Origin: the human T2T-CHM13v2.0 reference genome, Homo sapiens
Length of the DNA stretch: 64,000 nt
Direction: 5' to 3' (one strand)
Assembly (NCBI RefSeq): GCF_009914755.1
Contig: NC_060928.1
The notes beneath the pieces were generated by a model. The model made no database searches. It was not told where the DNA came from and saw nothing but the letters and a program-made list of their open reading frames with translations. How positions within the stretch are numbered: position 1 is the first letter of the stretch; every line of letters starts with the position of its first letter. Positions 12,008 through 24,960 of this stretch are shown here, piece by piece. The position numbers and the translations under genes are program-made.

Positions 12008-13591
12008 TGTCACAGGATCTTGGGGTGTTGCTTTTCTGGCTGGAAACCTCTGTGACCAGTGGCACATTTGCCTGAGTTTTGCTCAGGCTTGCTGGGCTCC
12101 TTCTGCTCACGTGGCCTGACAGGCTGCACTTGGCTTGCTCTACCAGCCTAGATCCCATACCTGCCAAGGATAAGCCAGGAGCGGAGCGGCAACCAGGTGC
12201 AGAGCGGCAAGGGGTGTGTGAGCGAGTGAGCGTGCGGCACAACCAGGTCATACAGCAAAGCACGCCAGTTGTGGTGGGGCTGGCAGCTCCAGGTGCCGGC
12301 ACAGGTGCTGGCTCTCTGAGAGGCTGTAGCTGGACCAGGCATACTGCAAGCAGCTTCCACAGCTGGCATTGGGAAATGCAGTGGCACCCGAAAGCTTGGA
12401 GATGCCAGGAACCACAAAGCCCCAAAGAGTGTGTCACAGACTTGGCCTGGGGAGCTCCTAGATCTGGGCTCCCAGAAGAGCTGCAGCTCTTCTCTCCTTC
12501 ACTCTTTTCTCCTTCTCATGGCCCATAATGTGGCAAGCAAGGGGTATGTCTCAGCCCTGTTTGTGTTATTGCTCTTTCAGTCCTGCCATTCAGCAGGCCT
12601 AGAGTTCTTGTCCTGCATCCAGGAGAAATGAGGTACCTGAACAAGAGGAGGGTGAGCAAGGCAAAGAGGTGCTTTATGTCGAGCAAAAGAACAGCTCAGA
12701 GGAGACCCAAAGTGGATCACTCCTCTCCACAGGTAGGTCATCCCCAAGTGTCCAGCTCTCAGTGGAGCAGAGACCCACAATACATATTTCCTCTCTGTAA
12801 GCACTTCATCCCTTCATTTGCCTGAGTCTGGCTGACTATGATGTTTTCAAGGGCTTCAGAGCGGGGGAAGTACATGCTGATTGGTCCATGGGCAGCCATG
12901 GGTGGGCCTAGAAAGAGCACCATAATTTCTAACTCCAGTCCATGGAACTGGCAGCCCAGCCCCCAGGTCTCAGGCCGTCCCTGGCCTGAAGGTGGGGTTT
13001 CACTGAGGACCTATCCCTTTCTTCCCAGGAGCCTGTCTGCTTCCTGCCAACATTAACCTGCCGTCCATGGTGCCCATGGCACCCAGGCTTTTTGTGCCGA
13101 GGGGTGTCTGCAGGCTCACACCAAGCCATTCACAGCCCCCTTCAGCCTCCGTCCTGTGCTCGTCAGGGTTCAATGTCCAGAGGGGGCTGAGGTGGCAGGG
13201 GCTGGCTTGTCAGCACTGCCTCGAATGCGTGCACACCAAGCCAGATTGTGACAGCACCTGGGCTCAGCCACAACTTTGCTCCAAAATCGGTGGGGTCGTC
13301 AGAAGCAGGGAGAGGCCAGGCAACGGGAGCAGGCACTTTTGAACCTGAGGGGGCAGAGGTGCTTCCTGGGTCCCCAAGAGTACAGAGATGCCCTGGTCCA
13401 CTGCCACTGCTGGGCAGCTACAGCTGTGCCTAGGAGGGTGAGGCTCCCGCCCCTCCAACTTGGAAGGGGGTGGGGCTTCTGCCGGTTCCCAGTTCCCACC
13501 AGCTCTGTGTAGTGTGTGGCCCTTGCCATGCCTCCCCACTGCAGCTGGTGTCGTGGCAGTGGCCACTCCAGACGGGCCATCACTCCCATCA
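12008..13591 (-). mobile_element. MER52-family (ERV1) long solo LTR, GC-rich
   Basis: Termini tgtcacaggatcttggggtg... and ...ggccactccagacgggccatcactcccatca; 4-bp TSD TTAC at 12004-12007 and 13592-13595. Confidence 0.9.
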
Positions 13592-13640
13592 TTACTATCT
13601 CAATCATAACGAAGTGTGAACTGGTTTAATATTCTTGCCA

Positions 13641-14015
<375 letters not shown>

Positions 14016-14309
14016 CTATCTGTGAAAAATTTTAAGAGGCCTGAGCTATGTGTTTCTACACACTATGTAAACAGATAGCATGTTCTCAGATGGAACAGAA
14101 GAAATGATACAGAAAACCCAAAAATAAAAGAAGGGAGAAAAACCACTGAGCTTCTTTGATAACTTACCTTTACAGTAACTCCAAAAGATAATAGTTAAAA
14201 GAAAATGGAATGATAAACTTCACATATCAAGGTGTGTCCACATAGCTGCTGGGACCTTATAAAAAATAATACTCCATCCTATTGGTTTTTCAGCCAATTA
14301 ACATGTAGA

Positions 14310-14470
14310 AATTTCACATAATCCCTCTGTACCTTAGTGTCCTCACTAGTAAAATGGGGATCATAATAATATTACTCATAGGACTGCTGTGAGGGTTAAA
14401 TGAGTTAATGTGAAAATCTCTTAGGAAAGCACAGGGTATATAGGAAGTACTTTTCAAATTTTAGCAATTA
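14310..14470 (+). mobile_element. MIR SINE
   Basis: Core ccttagtgtcctcactagtaaaatggggatcataata...gtgagggttaaatgagttaatg. Confidence 0.75.
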
Positions 14471-15129
14471 CTAATTTTATGCTTCCTAACAGGATATTCA
14501 TTCATCATAGATTAAAGGTACTATCATACTAATGATGAAAATCACTATGTCTGAAAACTGTATTCATTACAATGTGACATATATAATTGATGGCCAATAA
14601 TGATTCGGAAAAACCTATAAATTCTGTGTAAGTGTTTTAGATGCAAATTCTGATACTGAATATATATATATATATAATATATGCATATATATATATATCA
14701 CAAGCATATTAGTCTTTAGGGATAAAAGATAGCAATTATTGAATAGTAGAAATAAAAGTTATTGATTTTTATGAATGTAGTAGTTACTCTTTGTTAATGG
14801 CCAGTGAATATATAAATGCACTGAATTTTTAAAATTACTATTCTGTTAAGAAAATTTAATCTCATGTCTAATTCAATATTTTGACCACTGTTGATGAACA
14901 TCTTTGTCATGTATTTTTACACAAAGTCTTTTCTGTGTTAATTCCTACTCTAATTCATGGAAATGTTTTCAAGGTTATATCGAGAGTCAAATAAAAATGA
15001 TTTCCCATAGCATAGATCAACAACATAATTGGGGAGAAAAAATAATTAAAATAATTATAATTAAGATGTTGGTTATAAAGGATACAGTCCTTATTTTGTC
15101 AATAAGTGATTTAGAAAACCAGAGGTTTC

Positions 15130-15380
15130 TTTTTTTTTTTTTAAATCTCAGTTCACTGCAACCTCTACCTCCTGGGTTCAAGTGATTTTTCTGCCTCAGC
15201 CACCCAAGTAGCTGGGATGACAGGTGTGTGCCACCGCTCCCAGCTAATTTTTGTATTTTTAGTAGAGACGGTGTTTTGCCATGTTGGCCAGGTTGGTCTC
15301 AAACTCCTGACCTCAAGTCATCCACCCCCATCAGCCTCCCAAAGTGCTGGCGTTGTAGGCGTGAATCACTGTGCCTGGCT
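15130..15380 (-). mobile_element. AluS lacking about 45 bp at its 3' end
   Basis: Poly-T is followed directly by aaatctcagttcactgcaacc; TSD gaaa(a/t)ccagaggtttc at 15114-15129 and 15381-15396. Confidence 0.93.
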
Positions 15381-15505
15381 GAAATCCAGAGGTTTCATAG
15401 GCTACTTCTGCATGAAATTTCAGAGAGAAGCTGGAATTTGTGCTCATCCTGGAAAGGTATATACAATACATATACTTCAGATCTGAGAGTGATACAATGA
15501 TTCAC

Positions 15506-15990
15506 TGTTACTAGCTATTTCAGTTATCTACATAGCAAATAGCTCCCAAATTGTGTAACTTAACAACAAATATTCACTTTTTTGCGATTCTTTAATTGTA
15601 TCAGGGACTTGGGGGGCCATTTATCTTTGTTTCACATTGTGTTGGCTAGGATAGCACATGCAGCAGGATCCAGCTGGAAGTTTTAGCTTGGGTGTCAGAA
15701 AATACTGAGACCTGAATGGTTCTCTACCTCAAGGAGGGTAGCCAGGCTTCTTACATATTGGCTTGGGGATCCAAGAGAGTGAAAGCAGAAGCAGTCAGGC
15801 CTCTTTAGAGCTGGTCTCAAAAATGACTCAGCGTCACTTTAACGACATTTTCTTCCTGGTCAAAACAAGTCATAAGGCAGCTGGAAATGAAGAGGAGGAA
15901 AAATATATGGCCTCTCAATGAAAGGAGCAATAGGTACACCTAGAACTGCAGGGATTAAGGATGACTATCTTTTTAATCTGAAAACCACCA
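15506..15990 (-). mobile_element. Old MLT1 MaLR LTR
   Basis: Antisense MLT1 motifs caaattgtgtaacttaacaac, ccaggcttcttacatattggct and gactcagcgtcacttt...ggtcaaaacaagtcataaggc. Confidence 0.6.
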
Positions 15991-16039
15991 TATTAGTACT
16001 GGAATACTGTACGTTTCCTTTTGATTTTCATAAACTCTG

Positions 16040-17500
16040 ATTATTACTTCACAATATTTCTTTTATTAAACTTGTCTAGAATTACCCAGTCTAACTGCTT
16101 CCTGCTAAGATAACAAGTGATACAACAATTGGTACCCAGGAGTGACCCTAGGAAACAGACCTTCAAAATGGAATTCTGGGATTGGATTGCTCATATGTTT
16201 GAGGAATGTGTATATAGCTTCCTTGCCAGAAAATACTGATAATCCATGGCATGCATCTTACAATTATGTGGCCTACTCTTGGAGGACATGGGCCAACAAA
16301 TTGTGAAAGATTCCCAATTTCTATCACTCAGGCTGCAGAAGCATCTATGTGAGTGTGTTCCAGGGTATAAAGTCAAGGAGGATAAACTGTAATGTTGTAT
16401 TGGGTAAAATCTATTGACATGGCTTCATAATCCTCAAATTCAAGATGAATGTACTATCTTGTGAACCTGGGTGTGGCATCAGTGATCTGTTCAATTAACT
16501 AACTAAAGCCTGGTAAATGTAATAGCCTATAGTCTACGAGTCAAAAATGCCAGAAATGTGTCATGTAAAATCTGTTAAGGCATTGCCTTTTCATACCAAC
16601 TGAAGGAGTCAGATGATAACAACTGGAAGATATTATACTAAGAAATGCTTTGATGAGAGGGTTTGTAAACATCCTTGAAATGCTCAATGGTAGCTGTCTT
16701 CTGTGAGCCGGAGATTACTGTGGGATGCTATAATAAAGTTGAATTTTCTGATCTCACTGGGCATGAGGATAATAAAGTAGTAGAGGTGGGTGACAGGACT
16801 TAACTACCAGAGATAAGGTAGAAGGAATTATTACAATAAGCCATACACAAAAAATGGTGGTCAGAATTTGTGCACACAAGTATCTGTGGTGTTGGGTAAT
16901 TTATCACAATATTGCTAGAAACAAAATAGAACATCAGCTACTAATATGCTGCTTGACATATAACAGCAAAACTATATCCACATTAAGCAGGTAGACACCT
17001 AACTCAACTCACTGTTGTGAGGATAAATGGCCTCATACTAAGTTTCTAGGCATTAATCACTTCACAGCTTTGGATTGACCTGACCTTGGGCATACCGGGT
17101 CTTTTTGAGAACAGATCTTACAACATGGCAGCTGATGTACATTGTGAATCTTCCCTCAAGCTTTCCCAAAAGTGGCCTGCTGCTGTTTACCACGATGAAA
17201 GTAGTATCCATACCAGCACTGGTTTGTATTATTTTGGTTCTTTGCCCAAAGTAATTTTCAGAAATATATACTTCATCTCTCCTGGGTTGCTGTGGGCTAT
17301 GTCTCTCTCCAATAGCTCCTTTGCTTTTGCCTTTCCCATGTTTGGTAACAGCTTCTCTTTTGCTAACCCTGCTATACTGAACTATTCCCTGTTGGTTTTC
17401 TTAAATCTTGCCCACATTAAAAAAATTATTTTACTAAAATCTCCTTAAACTAATTACTCTGATTATGAAATCAGCTTCCATAAGGAATCTTGACTAAATG
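16040..17500 (+). mobile_element. Degenerate ERVL provirus remnant: LTR33-like 3' end, internal region, second LTR 3' end
   Basis: LTR end attacccagt...cttcctgct...tgataca followed by PBS-like attggtacccaggagtg at ~16128; a similar LTR-end motif recurs at ~17410-17500. Confidence 0.5.
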
Positions 17501-17610
17501 AACTTATCATAATAAACTTATAATTATCAGCAAGTGTTAGGTACACAAATAAGAGAGAAGGCATTCTTACTGAACAAGAATGTGACAGTAAATTGGGTTA
17601 ACCCTTATTT

Positions 17611-17910
17611 ATTTATTTATTTTTTTGAGATGGAGTCTTGCTGTGTTGCCCAGGCTGTGTTGCAGTGGCATGATATTGGCTCACTGAAACCTCCACCTCT
17701 TGGGTTCAAGTGATTCTCCTGCCTCAGCCTCCCGAGCAGCTGGGACTAACTACAGGTGCCCACCACCACACCTGTCTAATTTTTGTATTTTTAGTAGAGA
17801 CAGGGTTTCGCCATGTAGGCCAGGCTGGTCTCTAATGCCTGACCTCATGATCCACCCACCTTGGCCTCCCAAAGTGCTGGGATTACAGGCGTGAGCCACT
17901 GCACCCGGCC
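17611..17910 (-). mobile_element. AluS (Sc/Sg-like) with (TTTA)n tail
   Basis: Antisense full-length Alu; TSD ccttattt on both sides. Confidence 0.95.
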
Positions 17911-18511
17911 TCCTTATTTGTATTATAATTTTTAATATATATAGATGTCTTTGGGATTGTTGAAAATTCATTATATCTCTTGACCTAGGTGTTGCTTTGA
18001 ATATTTACCTATTATTGAGTATTTTTTTTGACAGCCAAGATTCAATTTATTTAATTTTTTTTCAAATTTGGGGATAGATATTACAGAAATTTGTTTTCTT
18101 CACCACATATAATTAGCTTCTGGCACAAAGAATGTTCACCTGGAGCTTCCTGGTATTTTGCTGATTTGGTTTCTTCTCATCTGAATGCTCCTTTCTATGC
18201 CTCTGGTTTTCATGTAGCAGTTTTCACCAAAGCTAAGATGGAGGCTTCATTGAAAGACAGATCTGTGTCCATCTTGCATCAAATCTACTATAGAACATTG
18301 ATTTGTTCTGCTTTATAACTATTTGGGGTAAAAATAGTGATATGTCAAAATATACTGTGAAGAAATGTACCTTGTACATTGATATATTAATAGTTGTCAT
18401 ATACATTTTTCATAATTACTATCATGGAGAGCATGATTCCAGTTTTCTATGTATGTGTTCTGCAAGCCAAACATTTAACCAGGTTAAGCCATTCACAGTG
18501 AACCAGGTAGT

Positions 18512-18619
18512 AATTTAGAATGTGTTCTCAAAATATTACAAAATTTAGACATAAAAATATTCCACAATTTAGAATGTGTTATCAAAATATTACAAATTGT
18601 AGATATAAAAATATGACAC
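18512..18619. repeat. Two-copy 54-bp tandem duplication, diverged
   Basis: aatttagaatgtgtt(c/a)tcaaaatattacaaa...ataaaaatat at 18512 and 18566. Confidence 0.85.
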
Positions 18620-18798
18620 CAGCCTTTTAGTGCTGGATGTAATCAAATTTTTAGCTTTGTTGTTTTTGCTATGGTAGGTACTAGAGATACAAAGATAATT
18701 ATAGCATAGTCTCTATCTTTGTGAATTAAGAAGAAATAGGCTCAAAGTTTTCTTTTTCACAAAGTTGTATCTTCTAATTCAGCCAACACATATAAACA

Positions 18799-19789
18799 CA
18801 GTTGGTCCTTGAAAAACTTGGCCTTTTCTATAACAACAATGACATCTTCAATGGTGTAACCCTCCAGACTTTCAACATGTTCTCCCTATTGGAGTTCTCT
18901 TTTGTATCATTGACAATCCTTTTCATAGAGTAATCCTTAAAGGTCTTTATGACACCCCAATTTAGAGGCTGAATTATAGACATTGTCTTTCGTGGCAAGA
19001 TCACTTTGATGCCTTCAGTTTTGAACTCATGAAGTTGTGAGAGACCAGGGTCATTGTCCAATATTAGAAGCAATTTTAAAAGGCAGTTATTTGCTGACAA
19101 GGTAGGTTCTGAATTCAGTAAGAAAGCATCAGTGGAGCCAATCTGGAAAATGTATTCTCATTGTCCGAGAAACATGTACAAACAAAAGATTGGCAATTGG
19201 CATTTATCACTTTCCTTCAAGGCTTGGGGGTTAGCAGCTCTACAAATAAGAGCTGCCCTAATCATAAACTCACCAACATTTGCACAAAACAGTAGACTTA
19301 GCCTATTCCTTTCTGCTTTAAATCCTGGTGCTCACTTCTCTTCCTTACAAATTAATGATCTTTGTGGCTTTTTTTTTTATAGAATAGAGCACTTACTTCA
19401 TTAAAAACCAGTTCAAGCAAATATTTTCTCTTCAATGATTTTCTTAACGGCATCTGGAAATCCATCTGTTGTTTTTTTGGTCAGCATAAGCTGCTTCTTC
19501 TGTTATCTTGACATTTTTTAAAAACCAAACACCTTTGTAAAAGTATTAAACTATCCTTTGCTGACTCTAAATACTTCACATTAGATTCTCATTTTCCTTT
19601 TGTTTTATCTTATAATATAATGACTTCAAATTTTTAAATACTCATATTAGAGTCTATAGGTATGTCTTTCTTGTAGCAATATTGCCCCCATGTAAAAGCT
19701 GCATTTCCAATATGAGATAAAAAGGTATTTTATTAAAAGTGCAAGGTTTTTATGCCTGGGGTATATAGCTGCAGTGATGGCTTCAGAAA

Positions 19790-19826
<37 letters not shown>

Positions 19827-20573
19827 TTTACAATACTCCTTATGCTGGATTCATTTATCTTGAAATGGTGTGCTATCCCAGCTGCAGATATCAATCTGCA
19901 ATACATCTCAAGCAATTCAACTTTTGCTTGTTATGTCATGACTTCGCTTCTACATTACTAGCAACACTTTGTATGGGTCTCATGATGTTATTCAAGGTTG
20001 ATAATATTACTCTAAACATGGCTAAAAATACACAATAACCATGAGAAATCACTTTTTACTATGGCAGGCAAATTACTGGAGAGACAAAATGGTCATGCAG
20101 AGATGATGAGTATCACAAGATGTTTTAAGCAGATACTCTCAACATTTGAGCTCATTGTAATAGCAACAGGAGGTGGCTACAAAGTTATTAGAGAAGTACA
20201 GTATGTACTACAGTGAATCTGATGCAGTTATGATGTAATACTGCATCTTTACATTTGCTTACATTTCTTTCAAATGTGAGTGGCCTGATAGACAGTTTGT
20301 AAGTATTTGTGTGTGTGAGTTTTGATAAATTTTAACTTTTTAAAATGTGTGTGCATATTTTATGATAATGATACAAAAACAGTAGTATCTACGTATATTT
20401 TATACATTCCTGTCATACCTTTTTCTGATTTTTTTCAGTATTTTTAAACTACATGGTTTGTGAGTTTTTTAAATTGTTGCAAAACTCTAAAACAATTTTC
20501 AAAATATTTATTTTTAAAAAAACATATAAATGGACTCATGCAATCCAAATTTGTGATTTTCAAAAGTCAGCTG
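18799..20573 (-). mobile_element. Tigger2 DNA transposon, internally deleted, with decayed DDE transposase
   Basis: TIR remnants cagttggtccttgaaaaac (18799) and ...ttcaaaagtcagctg (20573); minus ORF 18828-19100 (LLILDNDPG...IIQPLNWGVIKTFK) matches the pogo/Tigger DDE motif; ORF 19733-19915 (AGIAHHFKINESSIRSIVK) is HTH-like. Confidence 0.88.
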
Positions 20574-20792
20574 TGTATATGTCCTAATGAAGATTTATAG
20601 ACTTTGAAGTTCAATAATATTGAATCTTGTTTTAAATTTTACCTTTGTTTTTCTTTTACATTTCTTAACTGCCCTGAGTTTTAGATTGCTCATGTTTATG
20701 AAGAAGATACTCATTCCTTAGTTTGCTGTACATTTTCAGAAAAAGAAACAATGAGGATAAAGCTCTTAGAACTTTGTCAGACACAATAGGAG

Positions 20793-21645
<853 letters not shown>

Positions 21646-21733
21646 TCAATTGAATTTAATTTTAATATATGCTAATGTGATACCACCATATAATTATTTT
21701 AATATATTTTCTCTGATTATCAAAAGGAATTAA

Positions 21734-22014
21734 TTTTTTTTTTCACTCTGTTATCCAGGCTGGAGTGTAGTGGTACAATCTTGGCTTACTGCAACCTCCA
21801 CCTCCTGGGTTCAAGCGACCCTGTCAACTCAGCCTCCTGAGTAGCTGGGGTTACAGGTAAGTGACATGATGCCCAACTAATTTTTGTATTTTTAGTAGAG
21901 ACGGGGTTTCACCATTTTGGCCAGGCTGGTAGCGAACTCTTGACCTCAAGTGATCCGCCTACCTTGGCCGCCCAAAGTGCTGGGACTACAGGTGTGAACC
22001 ACCGCAAATGGCCT
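21734..22014 (-). mobile_element. AluS (Sz/Sx-like)
   Basis: Antisense Alu; TSD ggaattaa at 21726-21733 and 22015-22022. Confidence 0.93.
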
Positions 22015-22804
22015 GGAATTAAAGTATTTTAGTTTATTTAATGGACATTTAGATTCTTTCTTCTGTTCATATTCTATTTTTGGAAACTTTTTCTTGATTT
22101 ATAAAAATTTCTTATATATTTTGGGCACAGTTTCCCTTTTACATCACCTAAACTATTAGATTTTTCTCTCTACAGATGATAAATAGTATTTATAAGAGAG
22201 CTGAATTTATCACTGATTTTTAAAAATTCATATAAATATATTTATACATTTTCTGTCATGAAATTGTTGTTTGAACTAAGCTTCAGTTTTTAAATCTATG
22301 CAATGCAGAGTTTGTATCAAATTATTTCAAAAGGCTAAATCGTGATGATAAAATACTGTTTTCTAAAATATTAGAGAAATTGCAATTTTTATACGGTCTT
22401 TTTCATTTCAACAGCAACCAATGTTACGTCTACTAAAGTTATGCCAGAGTACATTTTGTAAACAGGGTGTTTTAGCTCTAATTTTTTCATACTTATAAAA
22501 TGAGCGTGGAAATATAGTAAAAACTTTAGGAAGAGATGAGCTTTTTTTTTCATTTTTCCAAAGCTATTAACAGATATTAATTAACTGATTTTACAGAGGA
22601 AAAATGTTTTTTAAAATCCTATCATATAATATCTAATTATTATTGAATTCGGAATTATTAAAACTTACTTGAAGTAGAAATATCTTTTAAAAAACTAGCT
22701 TATTTCCAATAAATCATCACAGAATTAGTGTATTGGAAATTTCTGCAACATATATTTTCCTTCATAGGCTTTAACATATACTGCTAAGAAACAGCAGGAG
22801 ACCT

Positions 22805-23210
22805 ATCAGAACTTCGGCTCTTCAAAAAACAGATTCTGAGACATATATTTGAGGGCAGGTAGTTTGTGAGGGAGAACTGGAGATATCATAACTGTAAAGA
22901 TTGAGGGAAGCCGAAATGGAAAGAACAAGAAATTAAGCTGCAACTTGGTTACAACAAGCACCCAGCAGATCACATGATAATACTGGACCTGGGCTGGTCC
23001 TTCAGTGATATCCCAAATTGGAATAAGGAGAGCCAGATTTTGTATCTCTCCATTGACCAGGCATTTGAATGAGGACTGAAGAACTTAACCATGACTAAAG
23101 CATTTTCCTCTGTATTGAAGTGGGATTCAGCTGTGAGTCATCAGCAGTCACATTTTGTAGTCAGTGGAGGAATGAGAGCCTCAGTCCTGAGGAGGAATCT
23201 GGCCAGTAAA
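22805..23210 (-). mobile_element. LTR16C-like ERVL LTR
   Basis: cagattctgagacatatatttgagggcaggtagttt...gggctggtccttcagtgatatcccaaattg...cattgaccagg. Confidence 0.7.
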
Positions 23211-23344
23211 TCTGCTAGGTGAAAGCACTAGAGTTGTTCCATGCAAAGATAGATGGCTTTTTATTGGTTTTGCTTTTAATGACATTCTTCTGTAGAGGAT
23301 CTGTTACAAGAAATAAGAATTATTTAAGTATTTAAAATGGGGAC

Positions 23345-23540
23345 AATCAGACAGGGTTGAATTTTAATCATATTTCTAGACGTGTACATTTAGCCAAATG
23401 ATTTAATTTTTCTTAGCCTCTTTTGTAAAAATAATTCATTATAATATATACCTTAGAATATTTTTAAGATGTTAAAATAAAATGGTGTATGTAAAACTCA
23501 GCCAAGTGGCTAGAAGTTAATTTGTACTCTATAAATGGTA
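23345..23540 (+). mobile_element. MIR SINE
   Basis: tcagacagggttgaatt...atttaatttttcttagcctc...tgtatgtaaaac. Confidence 0.5.
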
Positions 23541-23619
23541 TCCTTAATAAGATATTATAAATTGAAGAAGAAAATTAACTGCCCAGCCATACCATGTAGC
23601 TAAATTATAACAATGCTTC

Positions 23620-23840
23620 TTAACTTTTTACTGACCACTTACTATGTGCCTGGCACCAAGCCAATTGCTCTACACATGATAATTTACTTTATAATCACAG
23701 CAACCCTAAAAGACGAATATTTCTGGTTGTTTCCATTATTCAAATGAGTAAACCTTGGCACAGAGGGATGACAAGGTATCACATCTTAGTAAGTGGTGAA
23801 GACTGGGCAAAAATTGAGGCCGACTAACTCCAGAGCTGAA
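23620..23840 (-). mobile_element. MIR SINE
   Basis: tactgaccacttactatgtgcctggcac...tcacagcaaccct...aaatgagtaaaccttggcacagaggg...gactaactccagagc. Confidence 0.7.
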
Positions 23841-24794
23841 AAGCCCATGTAGGAGTACATACATCCTTTTACTGTTTATTGAACTTGTTACAAAGCCTTA
23901 TAAAAATGGGAAAAGGTGATCTTATGAACATAAATACTTGCAAAAAATTAACTGCTGTGATGACTTTGGTCTGGCTAGCAAGAAAGGGTAGCAGAAGCTG
24001 CAGAATATTTTTATATCATAACATTAGGAAAGCTGTAAACCAAAAATATATTTGCATGGTAAATGTGGGGAAAATAACAACAAAGATGCAATTACATATG
24101 ATCTTTTCTGGCTACCAGGATTACAGACTTCTTTTAGCATATACAGAGAAGCCACATGAAAGTGGAACTTTCATTGAATACTTTTCATATTGGACTACTT
24201 GTTTGTACTCTCTCTACCTGAAAGGGTTTTATGAAGACTTTCCAAACGGTAAATATGGAAGCAAGAATAGCTTTAATAAAATAAATTTCCAGATCCTTAA
24301 CTTCCTCAACTACTCTTTCTTTCATTTTATCTTCCCAAACAAACTCATGACATTGGCTGCTTCTTTCCCACTTCTTCTTTTATGACTGCTTTTCTGCCAC
24401 CATTCCTAGCATCATTGTTTCTAAGCAAAAAAGCACTTCATGGTACCAATCAAATGGAGGGTTCTAAATATTGGTATTGATCTCAGGAAGTCAAAGAGCC
24501 TAATTACTGAGTAATAAACCCTTTAGTAACTCAAATGTTTACATTTTTGGTTTTTTTTTTAAATTAAAAGAGAACCTAATCAATTTGCCAGCTGATAAAT
24601 CCTAATTTTTCATGATAAATCGCTGTGTCATTTTTGCCCTAAACCTCAAAGAAATTCCAAGTTTTTGCTCTTTACCAAGAACTAAATAAGTCTTAGAACT
24701 TTTAAGTTTAATTTTACTGTATTTTATTTCATTTTTTCCCAGAGCTCCTTTCTGACAACTTGCAATTGATCCAACATTTGAAACCTTATGCAGG

Positions 24795-24960
24795 AGCCGG
24801 ACAGCTTGGTTTTGAATTATAATCTTACAAATTACTGGCTGTGTGTTAAATCTTTAAATTACTGGCTGTGTGACTTTGTGTAAGTACCTTCACTTCTCTG
24901 TGCCTTAGTTTATGTTATGTAAAAGGTATGATAATAGTATCTATCTTGGAATTTAGTTTT
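24795..24960 (+). mobile_element. MIR SINE with a short internal duplication
   Basis: tactggctgtgtgactttgtgtaagtaccttcacttctctgtgccttagttt; aaattactggctgtgtg occurs twice. Confidence 0.7.

Noticed and set aside
11994-13607. Dense cluster of overlapping 65-149 aa ORFs
   Set aside because: Essentially all lie within the GC-rich MER52 LTR, where stop codons are scarce; they occur on both strands with no recognisable domain.
23879-24385. Longest ORF in the track (168 aa)
   Set aside because: Non-ATG (TTG) start, composition typical of AT-rich non-coding DNA, no recognisable domain and no clear splice boundaries.
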